DNA of 64,000 bases from a bacterium (GTDB lineage Bacteria; UBA8248). The DNA is taken from the NCBI GenBank assembly GCA_965204535.1, contig OZ241996.1, positions 256,001 to 320,000 of the forward strand, given 5' to 3'. Numbering within the stretch: position 1 is the stretch's first letter; each line of letters begins with the position of its first letter. This document shows, one piece after another, positions 1 to 10,252 of this stretch. The position numbers were made by a program, and so were the translations under genes. The notes beneath the pieces were generated by a model that made no database searches, was not told where the DNA came from, and was given only the letters and a program-made list of their open reading frames with translations.

Positions 1-1026
1 CACGCGCTCGAACGCCGCGTTCGACCACAGTTCGGGATCGATGGTCGCCTTGAGTGCGTAGGCGACAGTGGCGAACAGCGCTTCATAGACGACGTTCACG
101 CCGCCCGTTCTCTGATGGCTCGAACCTGTGAAATCGAAAACCATGTGGGGCTTAGGATTATGCGAGATGGTGAGCGTCACCTTGAGCGGTACCGGACCGG
201 GCACGTGGGCGTCGTCGTCGAGTTGATCCTCGAAATCCCACGTCCCCTCGGGCAGTTCCTTGATCTTCGAGCGGATCGTGCGTTCGTTGTAGTCGAGCAC
301 GCCTTCCACGAGTTCGAGAAAACGCTCGGCGCCGTATTTTTCACTCAGTTCCTGAAGACGCCGGACGCCCAACTGGTTGCACGCCGCCTGCGCACGCAGG
401 TCGGCCGGCCTGTCCTCTGAAAAGCGCATGTTGAGGAGGATGAAGGAGAAGAGGTCTTCCTGCAGTACGCCCTGCCTGAAAATTTTCATGGGCGGTATCC
501 GCAAGCCTTCCTGGTATATCTCGTTGCAGCCCTCGGTCATCGCGGCGCCCGGCTTGATGCCGCCCACGTCCGGCCAGTGGCCCATGTTGGCGACGAATCC
601 GATAAGCCTTTTGCCGTCGAACACCGGAGAGGCCACCGTGACGTCGGCGAGATGGGTTCCGCCGCCGTGGTAGGCGTCGTTCGCCAGGAAGGCGTCGCCC
701 GGCCTGAGTTCTTCCAGCGGGTAGCGCTTCAGGATGTTGCGGATGATGCTCAGCATCGCGCCCAGGTGCATGGGAATGTGCTCGGCCTGTGCGATGAGGC
801 GGCCTTCCGCGTCGAATATGGCCGTCGAGGCGTCCTGACGCTCCTTGATGTTCGTGGAATAGGCCGTGCGGATGAGCGCCGCGCCCATCTCCTCGGCCAC
901 CGACAGCAAGGCGTTCGAGAAGACCTCGAGCGCGACCGGATCGGGTACCGCCGATGCGCGCCGCTTCGTGGCCTTTCGGCGCGAGGCCGCTTTTTTCGAA
1001 CTCGCTTTCGTGTGTCCGGCCGGCAT
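1..1026 (-). CDS. Hydantoinase B/oxoprolinase family protein (partial, runs off left edge)
   Basis: Manual translation from ATG at 1026 (RBS AAGGAG upstream): MPAGHTKASSKK...DPVALEVFSNALLSVAEEMGAALIRTAYSTNIKERQDASTAIFDAEGRLIAQAEHIPMHLG...NDAYHGGGTHLADV, typical HyuB motifs. Not in the ORF track because there is no stop inside the window. Confidence 0.9.
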   Translation of the reverse strand, partial: MPAGHTKASSKKAASRRKATKRRASAVPDPVALEVFSNALLSVAEEMGAALIRTAYSTNIKERQDASTAIFDAEGRLIAQAEHIPMHLGAMLSIIRNILKRYPLEELRPGDAFLANDAYHGGGTHLADVTVASPVFDGKRLIGFVANMGHWPDVGGIKPGAAMTEGCNEIYQEGLRIPPMKIFRQGVLQEDLFSFILLNMRFSEDRPADLRAQAACNQLGVRRLQELSEKYGAERFLELVEGVLDYNERTIRSKIKELPEGTWDFEDQLDDDAHVPGPVPLKVTLTISHNPKPHMVFDFTGSSHQRTGGVNVVYEALFATVAYALKATIDPELWSNAAFERV

Positions 1027-1085
1027 GAAATTCTTTCTCCTTCACCAAAATGAGGCGATTCGCGGGCGGGCGTTTAACCGCCGAA

Positions 1086-1119
1086 GCTCATTTGAGCAGA
1101 ACGCACCAACTCATATGAG
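1086..1119. promoter_or_regulatory. Pair of related palindromes, candidate operator
   Basis: GCTCATTTGAGC (1086-1097) and CTCATATGAG (1110-1119) in the divergent intergenic region. Confidence 0.35.
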
Positions 1120-1530
1120 ACTAAAGTTTTTCGCTAATACTGTTTGGAAAACCTTCTGGAGCATTCCGCTTCCTGAGCGTGGCGTCAAGATGATGCGGAC
1201 ATGTCGATCCGTAGGTTTAGAGAGGGAGTTTTACACGAGTTTCCAGCTTTTGGGCAAAGGCCTCGGAGGATTCCACCTTGCTTGTTCGGGCTAGATTCCG
1301 TACTCGAGTGGTTGCTCCCGCTCCGTGAAAGAGAATGGAGGGGTGGTTTTCCATGGATACCCAGGACATCGGTTTGGATTGCGCGTGATGGGGGAATCGT
1401 GTTGTAATCTTCCCGCCAATTACAATTCACTTCTTCACTTCGTGGGGAATTATCACTCCCTCCGATATTCAGTGTCGGAAGGCTTTCTCGGAGAGATTTG
1501 CGCAACTGAACCGGATTTGGAGACGCGATA

Positions 1531-2790
1531 GTGGATGTTCCCTCCTGGGTAGATCAGGATGCCATGAACCTGGACGCGCGCTTGGATGAGCGGAGTCGCT
1601 GGATATCCAGCCCCATGAATGCCCTGGCGGTGCCCGATGCCGTGAACGCACAGCCCCGGCACATCGTCTTGCGCGACGACACGCTGCGCTCGGGCGCGAA
1701 TACGCCTGGTGTTTATGCGAGCGTGGAGAAGAAGCTGCGGATCTCCGAGTTACTCGATGAGGCGGGCGTGCAGGAAGCCGAGGTGGGTTACGGCTCGCTG
1801 CCTGATGATCAGAGATTCGTCAGCGAACTGAAAAAGCGCGGTTCAAAAATCATTTGCGGCATGCACGCGCGCTGCTGGCTCCCGAACTGGAAATCAGACA
1901 TCGACGGAATCGCCGGTTGCGGGGCCGACATGGTGAATTTCGTGGGCATGCAGGGCTATACGATGACCGAAGCGCTCCACCCGACGCTCCGGGGCGAGTC
2001 GTTTCTCGTGCGGATGGAAGAGTGCATCGCCTACGCGAAAGAAAAAGGCTTGAAGGTGGGATTCGGCACGGATCATCCACGCGCGGATATTATTCCCGAG
2101 ACGATCCGGCGCGCCGTCGCCGCCGGCGTGGACCGGTGGGTCTGCTACGACCCGCGCGGGTGGTTCCTGCCGCAGACGATGGCGATGGTGGTTCATGCCG
2201 TGCGCGCGGCAAGTGAGGACAAGATAGAGGTGTCCGTTCATGCGCATGATGATTTCGGCCTCGCCACGGCCATCACCTTCGAGGGTATCCGGGCGGGCGC
2301 CATGGCGTGCGACGTGTGCATCAACAGGACGGGCCATCGCTGCGGCAACGCGGGCTTCGAGCAGATCGCCGTGGGGCTGGAGTATTTCTTCGGGTATCAG
2401 ACCGGGATCGATCTGAAAAAGATCACAGAACTCAGCAGCCTCGTCTCTGAACTCTATGAGATTCCCGTCGCCGAGAACGCCCCGGTGGTGGGACACAACA
2501 TGTTCAGTTACGGCGGACTCCACATCCCCGGCATCCTTCGCGGGGACTGGTTTTTGTGGGAGAACCTGCGCTCTGAGACTGTGGGCAGCGGCAGACACAT
2601 CGTGTATGGACCCACGGCTCTTCAGAAAGGTTCAGACAGTCCCTTGGACGCCAAGGTGAATCAGATGGGGAAAAAGGCGGACGAAGCCCAGATGGATCGA
2701 ATCATCTCGGGCGTTCGAGCGCTGATCGAGGAGAAAAGTTTGGCGACCGATGAGGAAGTGGAGCGGATAATCAGTCGTGTCATGGGGTAG
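1531..2790 (+). CDS. LeuA/homocitrate-synthase-like DRE-TIM metallolyase, atypical active site
   Basis: DDTLRSGAN (cf. DTTLRDGEQ), HAHDDFGLA, GHRCGNA (cf. GERAGNA), PVVGHNMF. Confidence 0.8.
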   Translation: MDVPSWVDQDAMNLDARLDERSRWISSPMNALAVPDAVNAQPRHIVLRDDTLRSGANTPGVYASVEKKLRISELLDEAGVQEAEVGYGSLPDDQRFVSELKKRGSKIICGMHARCWLPNWKSDIDGIAGCGADMVNFVGMQGYTMTEALHPTLRGESFLVRMEECIAYAKEKGLKVGFGTDHPRADIIPETIRRAVAAGVDRWVCYDPRGWFLPQTMAMVVHAVRAASEDKIEVSVHAHDDFGLATAITFEGIRAGAMACDVCINRTGHRCGNAGFEQIAVGLEYFFGYQTGIDLKKITELSSLVSELYEIPVAENAPVVGHNMFSYGGLHIPGILRGDWFLWENLRSETVGSGRHIVYGPTALQKGSDSPLDAKVNQMGKKADEAQMDRIISGVRALIEEKSLATDEEVERIISRVMG

Positions 2791-2845
2791 CGCAGAAGGC
2801 GCGGCAGCTCTCATAGCCCGAGGGTAATGCGAGAGGCGAAGTTTC

Positions 2846-4576
2846 ATGGCCGGAACAGTTGTTCAGAATCCACGAGGGGCGTTCGAGCGTTATTTCCATG
2901 CGCCGCTCAGAAGGCTGCGCGCAGCCGGCGTTACGCCCTTCGAGGTCGTCACGGTCGTGGTGATGACCTTGTTGGTTCTCTGGTTCGTTCTCGCTCCCGT
3001 CCTCAATCTGTTCTACGGCGCGTTTCAATCCGAGCCCCCGGGCGAGGGGGGCGTGTGGACGCTCGAGCACTTCCGCGTCGTTTTCGGCAATCCGGGCTAC
3101 TGGCGCACAGTGGGCAGAACCCTGCTGGTTGGCTTCGGCGTGGTCTTCCTGGCGACGATCATCGGATCGCCGCTGGCCTGGCTGGTCGTGAAGACAGACA
3201 TGCGCGGGAAACGCTGGGTGGAGCTCTCCGCCATACTTCCTTTTTTCACGAGCACATTCGTCGGAGCGCTCGCCTGGATTCTTCTGGGCAACCCCACCAA
3301 CGGTATGATCAAGCTCTGGACAGGGCTTCCCATCAACGTCTATTCCGTCTGGGGGATCATCTGGGTTTCGGGTATCTACATGGCCCCTTATATGTACCTG
3401 TTCACCTCGGCGGCGCTCCGCTCGGTGGATACGACGTATGAGGAGGCTTCGTTCATGTCGGGCGCGGGGTTGTTCCGCACCCTCACGCGGGTGACGTTTC
3501 CGGTCATCCTTCCCGCCATTCTCTCGGGCATGACGCTCGTCTTCGTCATTACGATGGGTATCTTCGGTGTGGCGGCGATTCTGGGATTTCCGGCGCGCAT
3601 CGTGGTATTGGCGACGGACATCTTTGCGAAATCGGTCTTCGCCCCGCCACTCTACGGGGAGGCGACCGTCGCCGCCCTCACGCTGATGGCCATTACCGCA
3701 GTCTGCATTCTCCTGCAGCGCTGGATACTCAGAAAAGGCTCCTACGCCCTGGTGAGCGGGCGCGGTTTCCGCCTCAAACTCTATTCTCTCGGGCGCCTGA
3801 CGCCTTTTGCCTATTTGTTCACGGCGCTCTACGCGCTGCTCGCCGTCATCCTGCCCGGGCTGGTGCTCATTAAGGTCAGCATGCAGCCCTACGCCACGCC
3901 CAAGTTCGGGTTGTGGACGCTGGAGAACTGGGAGGTCTTTTTCACGAATCCCGATTTGCTCGATTCCTTCATCCGCTCGATGTATCTCTCCACCGGCGGG
4001 GCGACCATCAGCGTGCTGATGACGGCCGTCATCGCCTACATTATCCACAAGAGCAAAACGCCCGGCCGCGGTATTCTCGAGCAGGTGAGCGTCATGCCGG
4101 TGGGAATTCCCGGAATCGTCATGGGTCTGGGGATGATATGGGCGTACATCCAGTGGCCAATCTGGGCGACCATCTGGATTCTCGTCGTCGCGTACCTCAC
4201 CCTGTTCATGCCCTACGGGGTCCGCGCCCTGGGGGCGAACGTGGTGCAGGTTCATGGAGAACTCGAAGAGAGCAGCCGGGTTCACGGCGGGAGCTGGTTC
4301 CTCACCTTCCGGAGAATTATTTTTCCCTTGTTGCGCCCGGGCATTTATTCCACCTGGATATTGCTGTTCATCATATTCTTGCGCGAAATATCCACGGCGG
4401 TTCTTCTGACCACACATGAAACGCGCGTTCTACCCGTTCTGATCTTCGAGCAGTGGACGGACGGTGAGTTGAACATCATGTGTACCGGCGCATTGCTTCT
4501 GACGGCGATCATGTTCGTCGTCATTTCTGTGTTCAAGTGGGTTTTCAAGGTGGATGTGACCCCCGTCTACCGATAG
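2846..4576 (+). CDS. ABC transporter permease (FbpB-like, two BPD_transp_1 domains)
   Basis: About 12 TM helices; two EAA loops (YEEASFMSGAG, LEESSRVHGG). Confidence 0.9.
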   Translation: MAGTVVQNPRGAFERYFHAPLRRLRAAGVTPFEVVTVVVMTLLVLWFVLAPVLNLFYGAFQSEPPGEGGVWTLEHFRVVFGNPGYWRTVGRTLLVGFGVVFLATIIGSPLAWLVVKTDMRGKRWVELSAILPFFTSTFVGALAWILLGNPTNGMIKLWTGLPINVYSVWGIIWVSGIYMAPYMYLFTSAALRSVDTTYEEASFMSGAGLFRTLTRVTFPVILPAILSGMTLVFVITMGIFGVAAILGFPARIVVLATDIFAKSVFAPPLYGEATVAALTLMAITAVCILLQRWILRKGSYALVSGRGFRLKLYSLGRLTPFAYLFTALYALLAVILPGLVLIKVSMQPYATPKFGLWTLENWEVFFTNPDLLDSFIRSMYLSTGGATISVLMTAVIAYIIHKSKTPGRGILEQVSVMPVGIPGIVMGLGMIWAYIQWPIWATIWILVVAYLTLFMPYGVRALGANVVQVHGELEESSRVHGGSWFLTFRRIIFPLLRPGIYSTWILLFIIFLREISTAVLLTTHETRVLPVLIFEQWTDGELNIMCTGALLLTAIMFVVISVFKWVFKVDVTPVYR

Positions 4577-4591
4577 TGGAGGAAAAGCTAG

Positions 4592-5674
4592 TTGCCGTCG
4601 TTGACCATTGAGAATCTATCGAAACACTTCGACGAAGTGCGCGCGGTGGACGTCCTCGACCTGGAAGTCGAAGAAGGGGAGATGCTCACGCTGCTCGGCC
4701 CGAGCGGGTGCGGGAAGACCACGACGCTCCGATGCTTGGCCGGCCTCGAGAGACCGACCGACGGGCGTATCACCATCGGCGAGACGGTCGTCACCGATAT
4801 CGACGGCGGCGTGTTCGTTCTGCCTGAGAAGCGCGCGATCGGCATGGTGTTTCAATCCTACGCCATCTGGCCGCACATGACGCTGTTCGAGAACGTCGCC
4901 TATCCGCTCCGGGCGCGTGGCATGCCGCGTGGGGAAATTTCCGGAAAAGTCATGAACGCGCTCAAACTCGTTCAACTCGACGGCATGGAGCACCGCTACT
5001 CCACGCAGATAAGCGGCGGACAGCAGCAGCGCGTCGCCCTTGCGCGGAGCCTGGTTTCAGAGCCTTCCCTGCTCTTGTTCGACGAACCTCTGAGCAACCT
5101 CGACGCGAATCTGCGCGTGCAGATGCGGCTCGAAATTCGGGAGTTGCAAGAAAGACTCAATTTCACGGCCGTCTACGTCACGCACGATCAAACCGAAGCC
5201 ATGGCGCTCTCGGACCGCATCGCCATCATGGATCACGGGGTCTTGCAGCAGATCGCCGACCCGCGTGAAATCTACAATCGTCCGCAGAACCGCTTCGTCG
5301 CCAGTTTCATGGGAACCACGAATCTCTTTGAGGGTGCGAAGAAAGAGGGGGCGGGAGGCGAGGCGCTCGTTCTTTCAGATGAGGGAATCGAGATTGCCGT
5401 CGGCGCGCAGGTGATGCCCGACGAGGATATGGTATACGTCTCGATTCGTCCCGAGGCGATCGAGTTATCCACGTCCCAGGATGGGGCCGAACGCCCGAAC
5501 CAATGGAGGGGCAAAGTGGTTCATTCGACTTTTCTGGGAGAGTCGACCATTTTTTCGGTGGAAGTTTCCGGAAAAGCGCTCGAGATACATGCGGAACCAA
5601 CGCAGATGTTCGAAACGGGTCAGGAAGTGCTCGTCTCCGCCGAGCCGGAGCGATGCGTTGTCGTGGAATCGTAG
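4592..5674 (+). CDS. ABC transporter ATP-binding protein (PotA/FbpC-like)
   Basis: GPSGCGKT, ISGGQQQR, LLLFDEP, TOBE-like C-terminus. Confidence 0.95.
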   Translation: MPSLTIENLSKHFDEVRAVDVLDLEVEEGEMLTLLGPSGCGKTTTLRCLAGLERPTDGRITIGETVVTDIDGGVFVLPEKRAIGMVFQSYAIWPHMTLFENVAYPLRARGMPRGEISGKVMNALKLVQLDGMEHRYSTQISGGQQQRVALARSLVSEPSLLLFDEPLSNLDANLRVQMRLEIRELQERLNFTAVYVTHDQTEAMALSDRIAIMDHGVLQQIADPREIYNRPQNRFVASFMGTTNLFEGAKKEGAGGEALVLSDEGIEIAVGAQVMPDEDMVYVSIRPEAIELSTSQDGAERPNQWRGKVVHSTFLGESTIFSVEVSGKALEIHAEPTQMFETGQEVLVSAEPERCVVVES

Positions 5675-5704
5675 TCGTTTTCTCAATCTCAAAGGAGGTG
5701 CAAG

Positions 5705-6748
5705 ATGAAGAAGTGGATAATCCCCGTCATATGCCTGGGGCTGTCGATGGGTCTGGTGGCGAGCGGCGCGCATGGCGCCGACAAGGAAACGCTCAAAATG
5801 GCGGCCGACACTAAAGGCGGGCAGGTGATCGTGTACAACATCATCTTCAAGCCCGCCCAGCGGAAGCTGAACAAGGCGTTCAACAAGGCATTCAGCAAGT
5901 ACGGCATCAAGGCGAAGATGATCCGGAGCCAGTCCGGAAAAATCGCCAACCTCTACAAGCAAGAACTGAGAGCCGGGAAGGTTCGCATGGACGTCATCTC
6001 CACCGCCGACCCGGGGATGTTCCTGAGCTTCAACAGAAAAAACCAGCTCACCCGTCACTGCAGCCCGAATTACAAGGACTATCGTGACTGGGCCGTGGCG
6101 AAGGATTGCGGCTACTTCTATCACACCTCCTGGCTGCAATACATTTCCTACAACCCCGAACTCGTGAAGGGCGGCGACATCCCCAACAGCTGGCTCGACT
6201 TCCACAAGCCCAAGTGGAAGAACAAGATCAGCTTCGGCGATCCGAAAATCGGCGGCGGCCACTACTACTTCGTGTTCACGATGTACAAGCTCTTCGGGCG
6301 CGATTGGTTCATAAAGTCACGCGACAACGGCGCGATGATGGTGCGCAGCCACGGCACCACGAACAACAAGGTAAAATCAGGCGAGCGCCACTTCGGCGTG
6401 AACCTCTCCATGCTCGTTCGCCGCGATGGCCCCTACCCGGGCGGCAAGGGCGCACCGATTAAAGAAGTGTTCCCCAAAGAAGGCGGCGCGCTGCTCGTCG
6501 CTCCCATGGCGATCACGAAAGGCGGTCCCAACCCCGCAGGTGCGAAGGTGCTGATCGATTGGCTCTCGAGTCTCGAAGGCCAGAAAGTGGTTTCCGACAA
6601 GGGCAAGTTCTCTCTGCGCAAGGACTTCACCAGCGTAGAGGGCGCGAAACTCTCCGACTTCAAATACCACTGGTGGGACCCGAACGAAATGGACCAGATG
6701 CGGGACAAATGGACCAAGGACTCGCTCAAGATACTGACCGGCAACTAA
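5705..6748 (+). CDS. ABC transporter extracellular solute-binding protein
   Basis: Signal peptide; PNSWLDFHKPKWKNKI and AKVLIDWLSSLEGQKV, SBP_bac_6-like motifs; in operon with permease and ATPase. Confidence 0.88.
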   Translation: MKKWIIPVICLGLSMGLVASGAHGADKETLKMAADTKGGQVIVYNIIFKPAQRKLNKAFNKAFSKYGIKAKMIRSQSGKIANLYKQELRAGKVRMDVISTADPGMFLSFNRKNQLTRHCSPNYKDYRDWAVAKDCGYFYHTSWLQYISYNPELVKGGDIPNSWLDFHKPKWKNKISFGDPKIGGGHYYFVFTMYKLFGRDWFIKSRDNGAMMVRSHGTTNNKVKSGERHFGVNLSMLVRRDGPYPGGKGAPIKEVFPKEGGALLVAPMAITKGGPNPAGAKVLIDWLSSLEGQKVVSDKGKFSLRKDFTSVEGAKLSDFKYHWWDPNEMDQMRDKWTKDSLKILTGN

Positions 6749-6768
6749 TTTCACTTGCTGGATGAAAC

Positions 6769-6812
6769 GGCGCGCCGCGTCCGCCAGGTAGCGGGCGCGG
6801 CGGCGCTTTTTC
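6769..6812 (+). terminator. GC-rich hairpin with T-tail after the SBP gene (intra-operon terminator or stabiliser)
   Basis: GGCGCGCCGCGTCCGC-CAGGTA-GCGGGCGCGGCGGCGC followed by TTTTT. Confidence 0.5.
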
Positions 6813-6831
6813 ATCGCGCCCTGGGAGTACG

Positions 6832-8214
6832 ATGAATCGCTCGAAACAACTTGCCGGGTTCATGTCGGGGCTGCGCCTTGGGGATCTGCCGAAGGATGTT
6901 CCCGATTTCCTGAAGCTCTGCCTTCTGGATCATTTTGGCTGCGCGTTGGGGGCGCTGGGAACCGAGGAGGCGGGTGTTCCACTGTGCGCCGCAGAAGCAG
7001 CTTCGAGGAGCGGACCTTGCACCATTATCGGACGGGGATTCGGGGCCGACCCGGCCACAGCCGCTCTCACCAACGGCGTCCTCTCCCACGTCCTTATCTT
7101 TGATGACTTGCATCGCAAATCAAAGCTTCATCCCGGCGTGGCCGTGATTCCGGCGGCCCTGGCAGCCTGCGAGCTTAAGGGATCAGACGGCAAGACGTTT
7201 CTTGAGGCGATATCAGCGGGGTATGAAACGGCGGCACGCTTGGGGATGGCGGTCAACATGGCTGAGCATCGCCTGAAGGGATGGCGCGCCACGGGAACTT
7301 GCGGCTCCTTCGGGGCGGCTGCGGCCGCATCGCGCGCCATGGGCCACTCGCCCGAAACCCTGCACCACGCCATCTCAGCGGCGGCGGGGCAGGCTTCGGG
7401 CAATTTCGCTTTCACGCAAGGGTCAGGCATGGAGTTGTACCTCGCAGCGGGAACGGCCGCGAGAAACGGGGTCGTTTCCGCACTATTGGCCGAGGGAGGC
7501 TTTCGGGGCTCAGCCAATCCCCTGGAAGCGCCTGATGGCGGTTTTTTCTCCATGACCACGAAGAACCCCAAGCCGGAGATTCTCACAGATGGTCTGGGCG
7601 AGAAGTACTGGCTCATGGACACCTCCATCAAACTCTATCCGACATGCCACAGCAGCCAGACGGGCATCGACGCCGCGCTGCTGGCCCGCGAAAAGCACGG
7701 CGTAAGGCTCGAAGACGTAGAGCGCATCTCGATTCGGGCCGGTGAGATAACGCAGATTCAGTGCGGCTGGGATTACGAGCCGGGCCCTCCCGCCAAGATG
7801 ATCTTTCACATGGGATACGCCATGGCGGTTGCGTTGAGGCGCGGCAGGGTTTCGCCCTCTGACCTCGAGGGTGAATCCCTTTACGACCCCGAACTCGTTC
7901 GGTTCGCCAAAGCCACCCGGGTGGAGGCCGATCCCGAGCTCACGGCCATCTACCATGAGAAAAAACCGTGCGACGTGACGTTCCACCTGAAAAATGGCGA
8001 GCGCATCCACGAGCGCGTCGACTACTGCCGGGGCGACCCGGAGAACAGGCCCACAGAGGAGGCGGTCTTCGGGAAATTCCGCGACCTCACGGCGTCCGTG
8101 CTCGGACCGGAGAGGCAGGATGCGGTCATCGATTTCGTGATGAGTATCGAGGAGCAGCCCAACCTCTCCCGGTTCAGGGAACTCGTGGCTTCCCGGGAAA
8201 CCCATAAGGTATAA
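6832..8214 (+). CDS. MmgE/PrpD family protein
   Basis: SHVLIFDDLH, HPGVAVIPAALA, IKLYPTCH, RGDPENRP motifs. Confidence 0.9.
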   Translation: MNRSKQLAGFMSGLRLGDLPKDVPDFLKLCLLDHFGCALGALGTEEAGVPLCAAEAASRSGPCTIIGRGFGADPATAALTNGVLSHVLIFDDLHRKSKLHPGVAVIPAALAACELKGSDGKTFLEAISAGYETAARLGMAVNMAEHRLKGWRATGTCGSFGAAAAASRAMGHSPETLHHAISAAAGQASGNFAFTQGSGMELYLAAGTAARNGVVSALLAEGGFRGSANPLEAPDGGFFSMTTKNPKPEILTDGLGEKYWLMDTSIKLYPTCHSSQTGIDAALLAREKHGVRLEDVERISIRAGEITQIQCGWDYEPGPPAKMIFHMGYAMAVALRRGRVSPSDLEGESLYDPELVRFAKATRVEADPELTAIYHEKKPCDVTFHLKNGERIHERVDYCRGDPENRPTEEAVFGKFRDLTASVLGPERQDAVIDFVMSIEEQPNLSRFRELVASRETHKV

Positions 8215-8270
8215 ATCGAACAAACAACGCATCGGAAAACCCAAGAGGTTCATTTTTCGCCGTATAGGAG

Positions 8271-9182
8271 ATGCAAATGGCCATTCGCCGCAACACCACC
8301 AGGTTCCGCGCCCTGCTGAAAAGGGGCAATTTCATCTTCATGCCCGTCGCCTATGACCCCATCGGTGGTAGGCTCGTTGAGAGCCTCGGCTTCAAGGCGA
8401 CCTATACGGGCGGTTTCGTGACGGGTGGTTCGCGCTGCATCACCGAGCCGATGGTGACGATGCGCGAGCAGGTGGACGTGGCCGGAGACGTCGCGAACGC
8501 GGTGAAAATACCCACGCTCGCCGACGGAGGCGCGGGGTTCGGCGAGCCGATGCACACCATGCGCGCCGTGCGGGAGTTCATTCGCGCAGGCATCGCGGGA
8601 ATCCACATCGAGGATCAGCTCTACCCCAAGCGCGCGCACTACCATAAATACGTCGCGCACGCGATTCCGGCGAAGGAATTCGTCGACAAGATCAGGATGG
8701 CGTGCCGCCAGCGAGACGAGACGGACAAGGATTTCGTCATCATCGCGCGCTCTGATACGGCGCGCTTCCGGGGCATCGGCGAGGCGGTCAGGCGCGTGAA
8801 CATGGCGGCGGACGTGGGCGCGGATATGGGCCTCGTATTTCCCCGGAACCACAAGGAAGCCATCGCCGCTCCCCAAAAGTCCAAGATTCCTCTGGTGTAC
8901 GTCCAGAGCCGGGGCAACAGGGACGGGAGGCCGCTCTACTCGGAGAGCCAGATGGCGGAACTGGGCTACGTCGCCTGTATCGACGCCATTTTGTATCTCA
9001 CCGTCAGTTTCCATTTCATGAAAAAAGCTTTGCAGGAAGTGCGCAAGACGGGCGATTACACGGGCATGACGCATGAGGATTTCACGGCCGCCCGCCAGGA
9101 GATTGAGAACCTGATCGGCCTCGAGGGTTTCTACGGGATTGAAGAAGAGACCGTGGAGAAGAAAAAATGGGGCAAACGCTAA
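8271..9182 (+). CDS. Isocitrate lyase/PEP mutase superfamily protein
   Basis: AYDPIGGRL, LADGGAGFG, GIHIEDQ, FVIIARSD; catalytic loop reads KRAHYH rather than KKCGH. Confidence 0.88.
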   Translation: MQMAIRRNTTRFRALLKRGNFIFMPVAYDPIGGRLVESLGFKATYTGGFVTGGSRCITEPMVTMREQVDVAGDVANAVKIPTLADGGAGFGEPMHTMRAVREFIRAGIAGIHIEDQLYPKRAHYHKYVAHAIPAKEFVDKIRMACRQRDETDKDFVIIARSDTARFRGIGEAVRRVNMAADVGADMGLVFPRNHKEAIAAPQKSKIPLVYVQSRGNRDGRPLYSESQMAELGYVACIDAILYLTVSFHFMKKALQEVRKTGDYTGMTHEDFTAARQEIENLIGLEGFYGIEEETVEKKKWGKR

Positions 9183-10228
9183 GCGATTTTTCAGCAGAAA
9201 GGAGAGCATAGAAACATAAGCAGAGCGCGGAGAGAATACGCACGACCCACGCGTGTAGCCATTTGCGCCCCTGGGAATGGGTCGATTTGTTGCAGGTCAT
9301 AGAGCAAGGTGTGGTGTGTTCCGGCAATTTCAAAGACCGTCGCGGAAAACCTTGTGGGGGCAAGCCGCCGGGAACCAGACTTTGAAGAAAAATACGCGCT
9401 GGAATGCGCAGGAGATTTAATGAAACCGCTTCCGCTTCGATTGCTTTCGTCGAAGAAGTTGTCGGTGATGCCCGAACCCGGGAGCGCGATTCCGCCTTTG
9501 GGCAACAGGGCGAAGCGTTCGTCGTTGCACTTGAACGCCTCCGCTCGTCCGTTCGCGTTCCCAACCGACCGCGATGTCGGTCGGGATTATGGGCGCCGGC
9601 AGCTGGGTCGATGAGGAACAGCAATCCAACCGGCCCGGCAGAGACGCCGTGCGCGGCCTCATGGCGTGTCCGCTCCGGGCCGAACTCCCCTGGGCGGCCG
9701 CGAACAAATGCGGGCACTTGCGGGCAAATGCGGGGGAAGCGAAAAACTTTTTTTGCCGCTATATCTGAGTGTGATACGCTCAGATTTATATGATAACCAT
9801 TTTTATTACAACCCTTTATCTGACCATCATTTTTCAGGAATTTATCGAAAAACCCCGTGAATTTATCGATATTTACGGGAAATAGGATTATTTTCATTTT
9901 TCTGATCCATCCCCGTTTCATGAGCGCACCTACTCGGCGAGAAAAAGTCCCTCTGAGGAAGGGGGTTGGGGGGGTCGCCGCCTTCACTCTTCCTCCAAAG
10001 CCAGATTCCATGAGATAGCCTCCTCTCCCTGACGGCGGTCGATCCTGACCTCCCTCGGCGCGGGCACGATAGCGCAGTCCGCGGTTTCACGGAGCACGGC
10101 AAATGCGGGGAAATGCGGGGGCGAGGCTGTATGGCGACGTAAAACACTCCCGCGACGTATAGGCGTCCTCGACTCTCTGGGGGAGAGTAATTTTTGATCG
10201 ACGAATGGGCAGCAAAGATTTTGCTCTT

Positions 10229-10252
10229 GTAGGGGCGGCTCGCGAGCCGCCC
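10229..10252 (+). repeat. GTAG-type REP palindrome
   Basis: GTAG-GGGCGGCTC-GC-GAGCCGCCC; related copies at 19243-19266 and ~23281-23300. Confidence 0.7.

Noticed and set aside
1185-1531. Small ORFs upstream of the LeuA-like gene
   Set aside because: No recognisable motifs or clear RBS; likely divergent promoter DNA.
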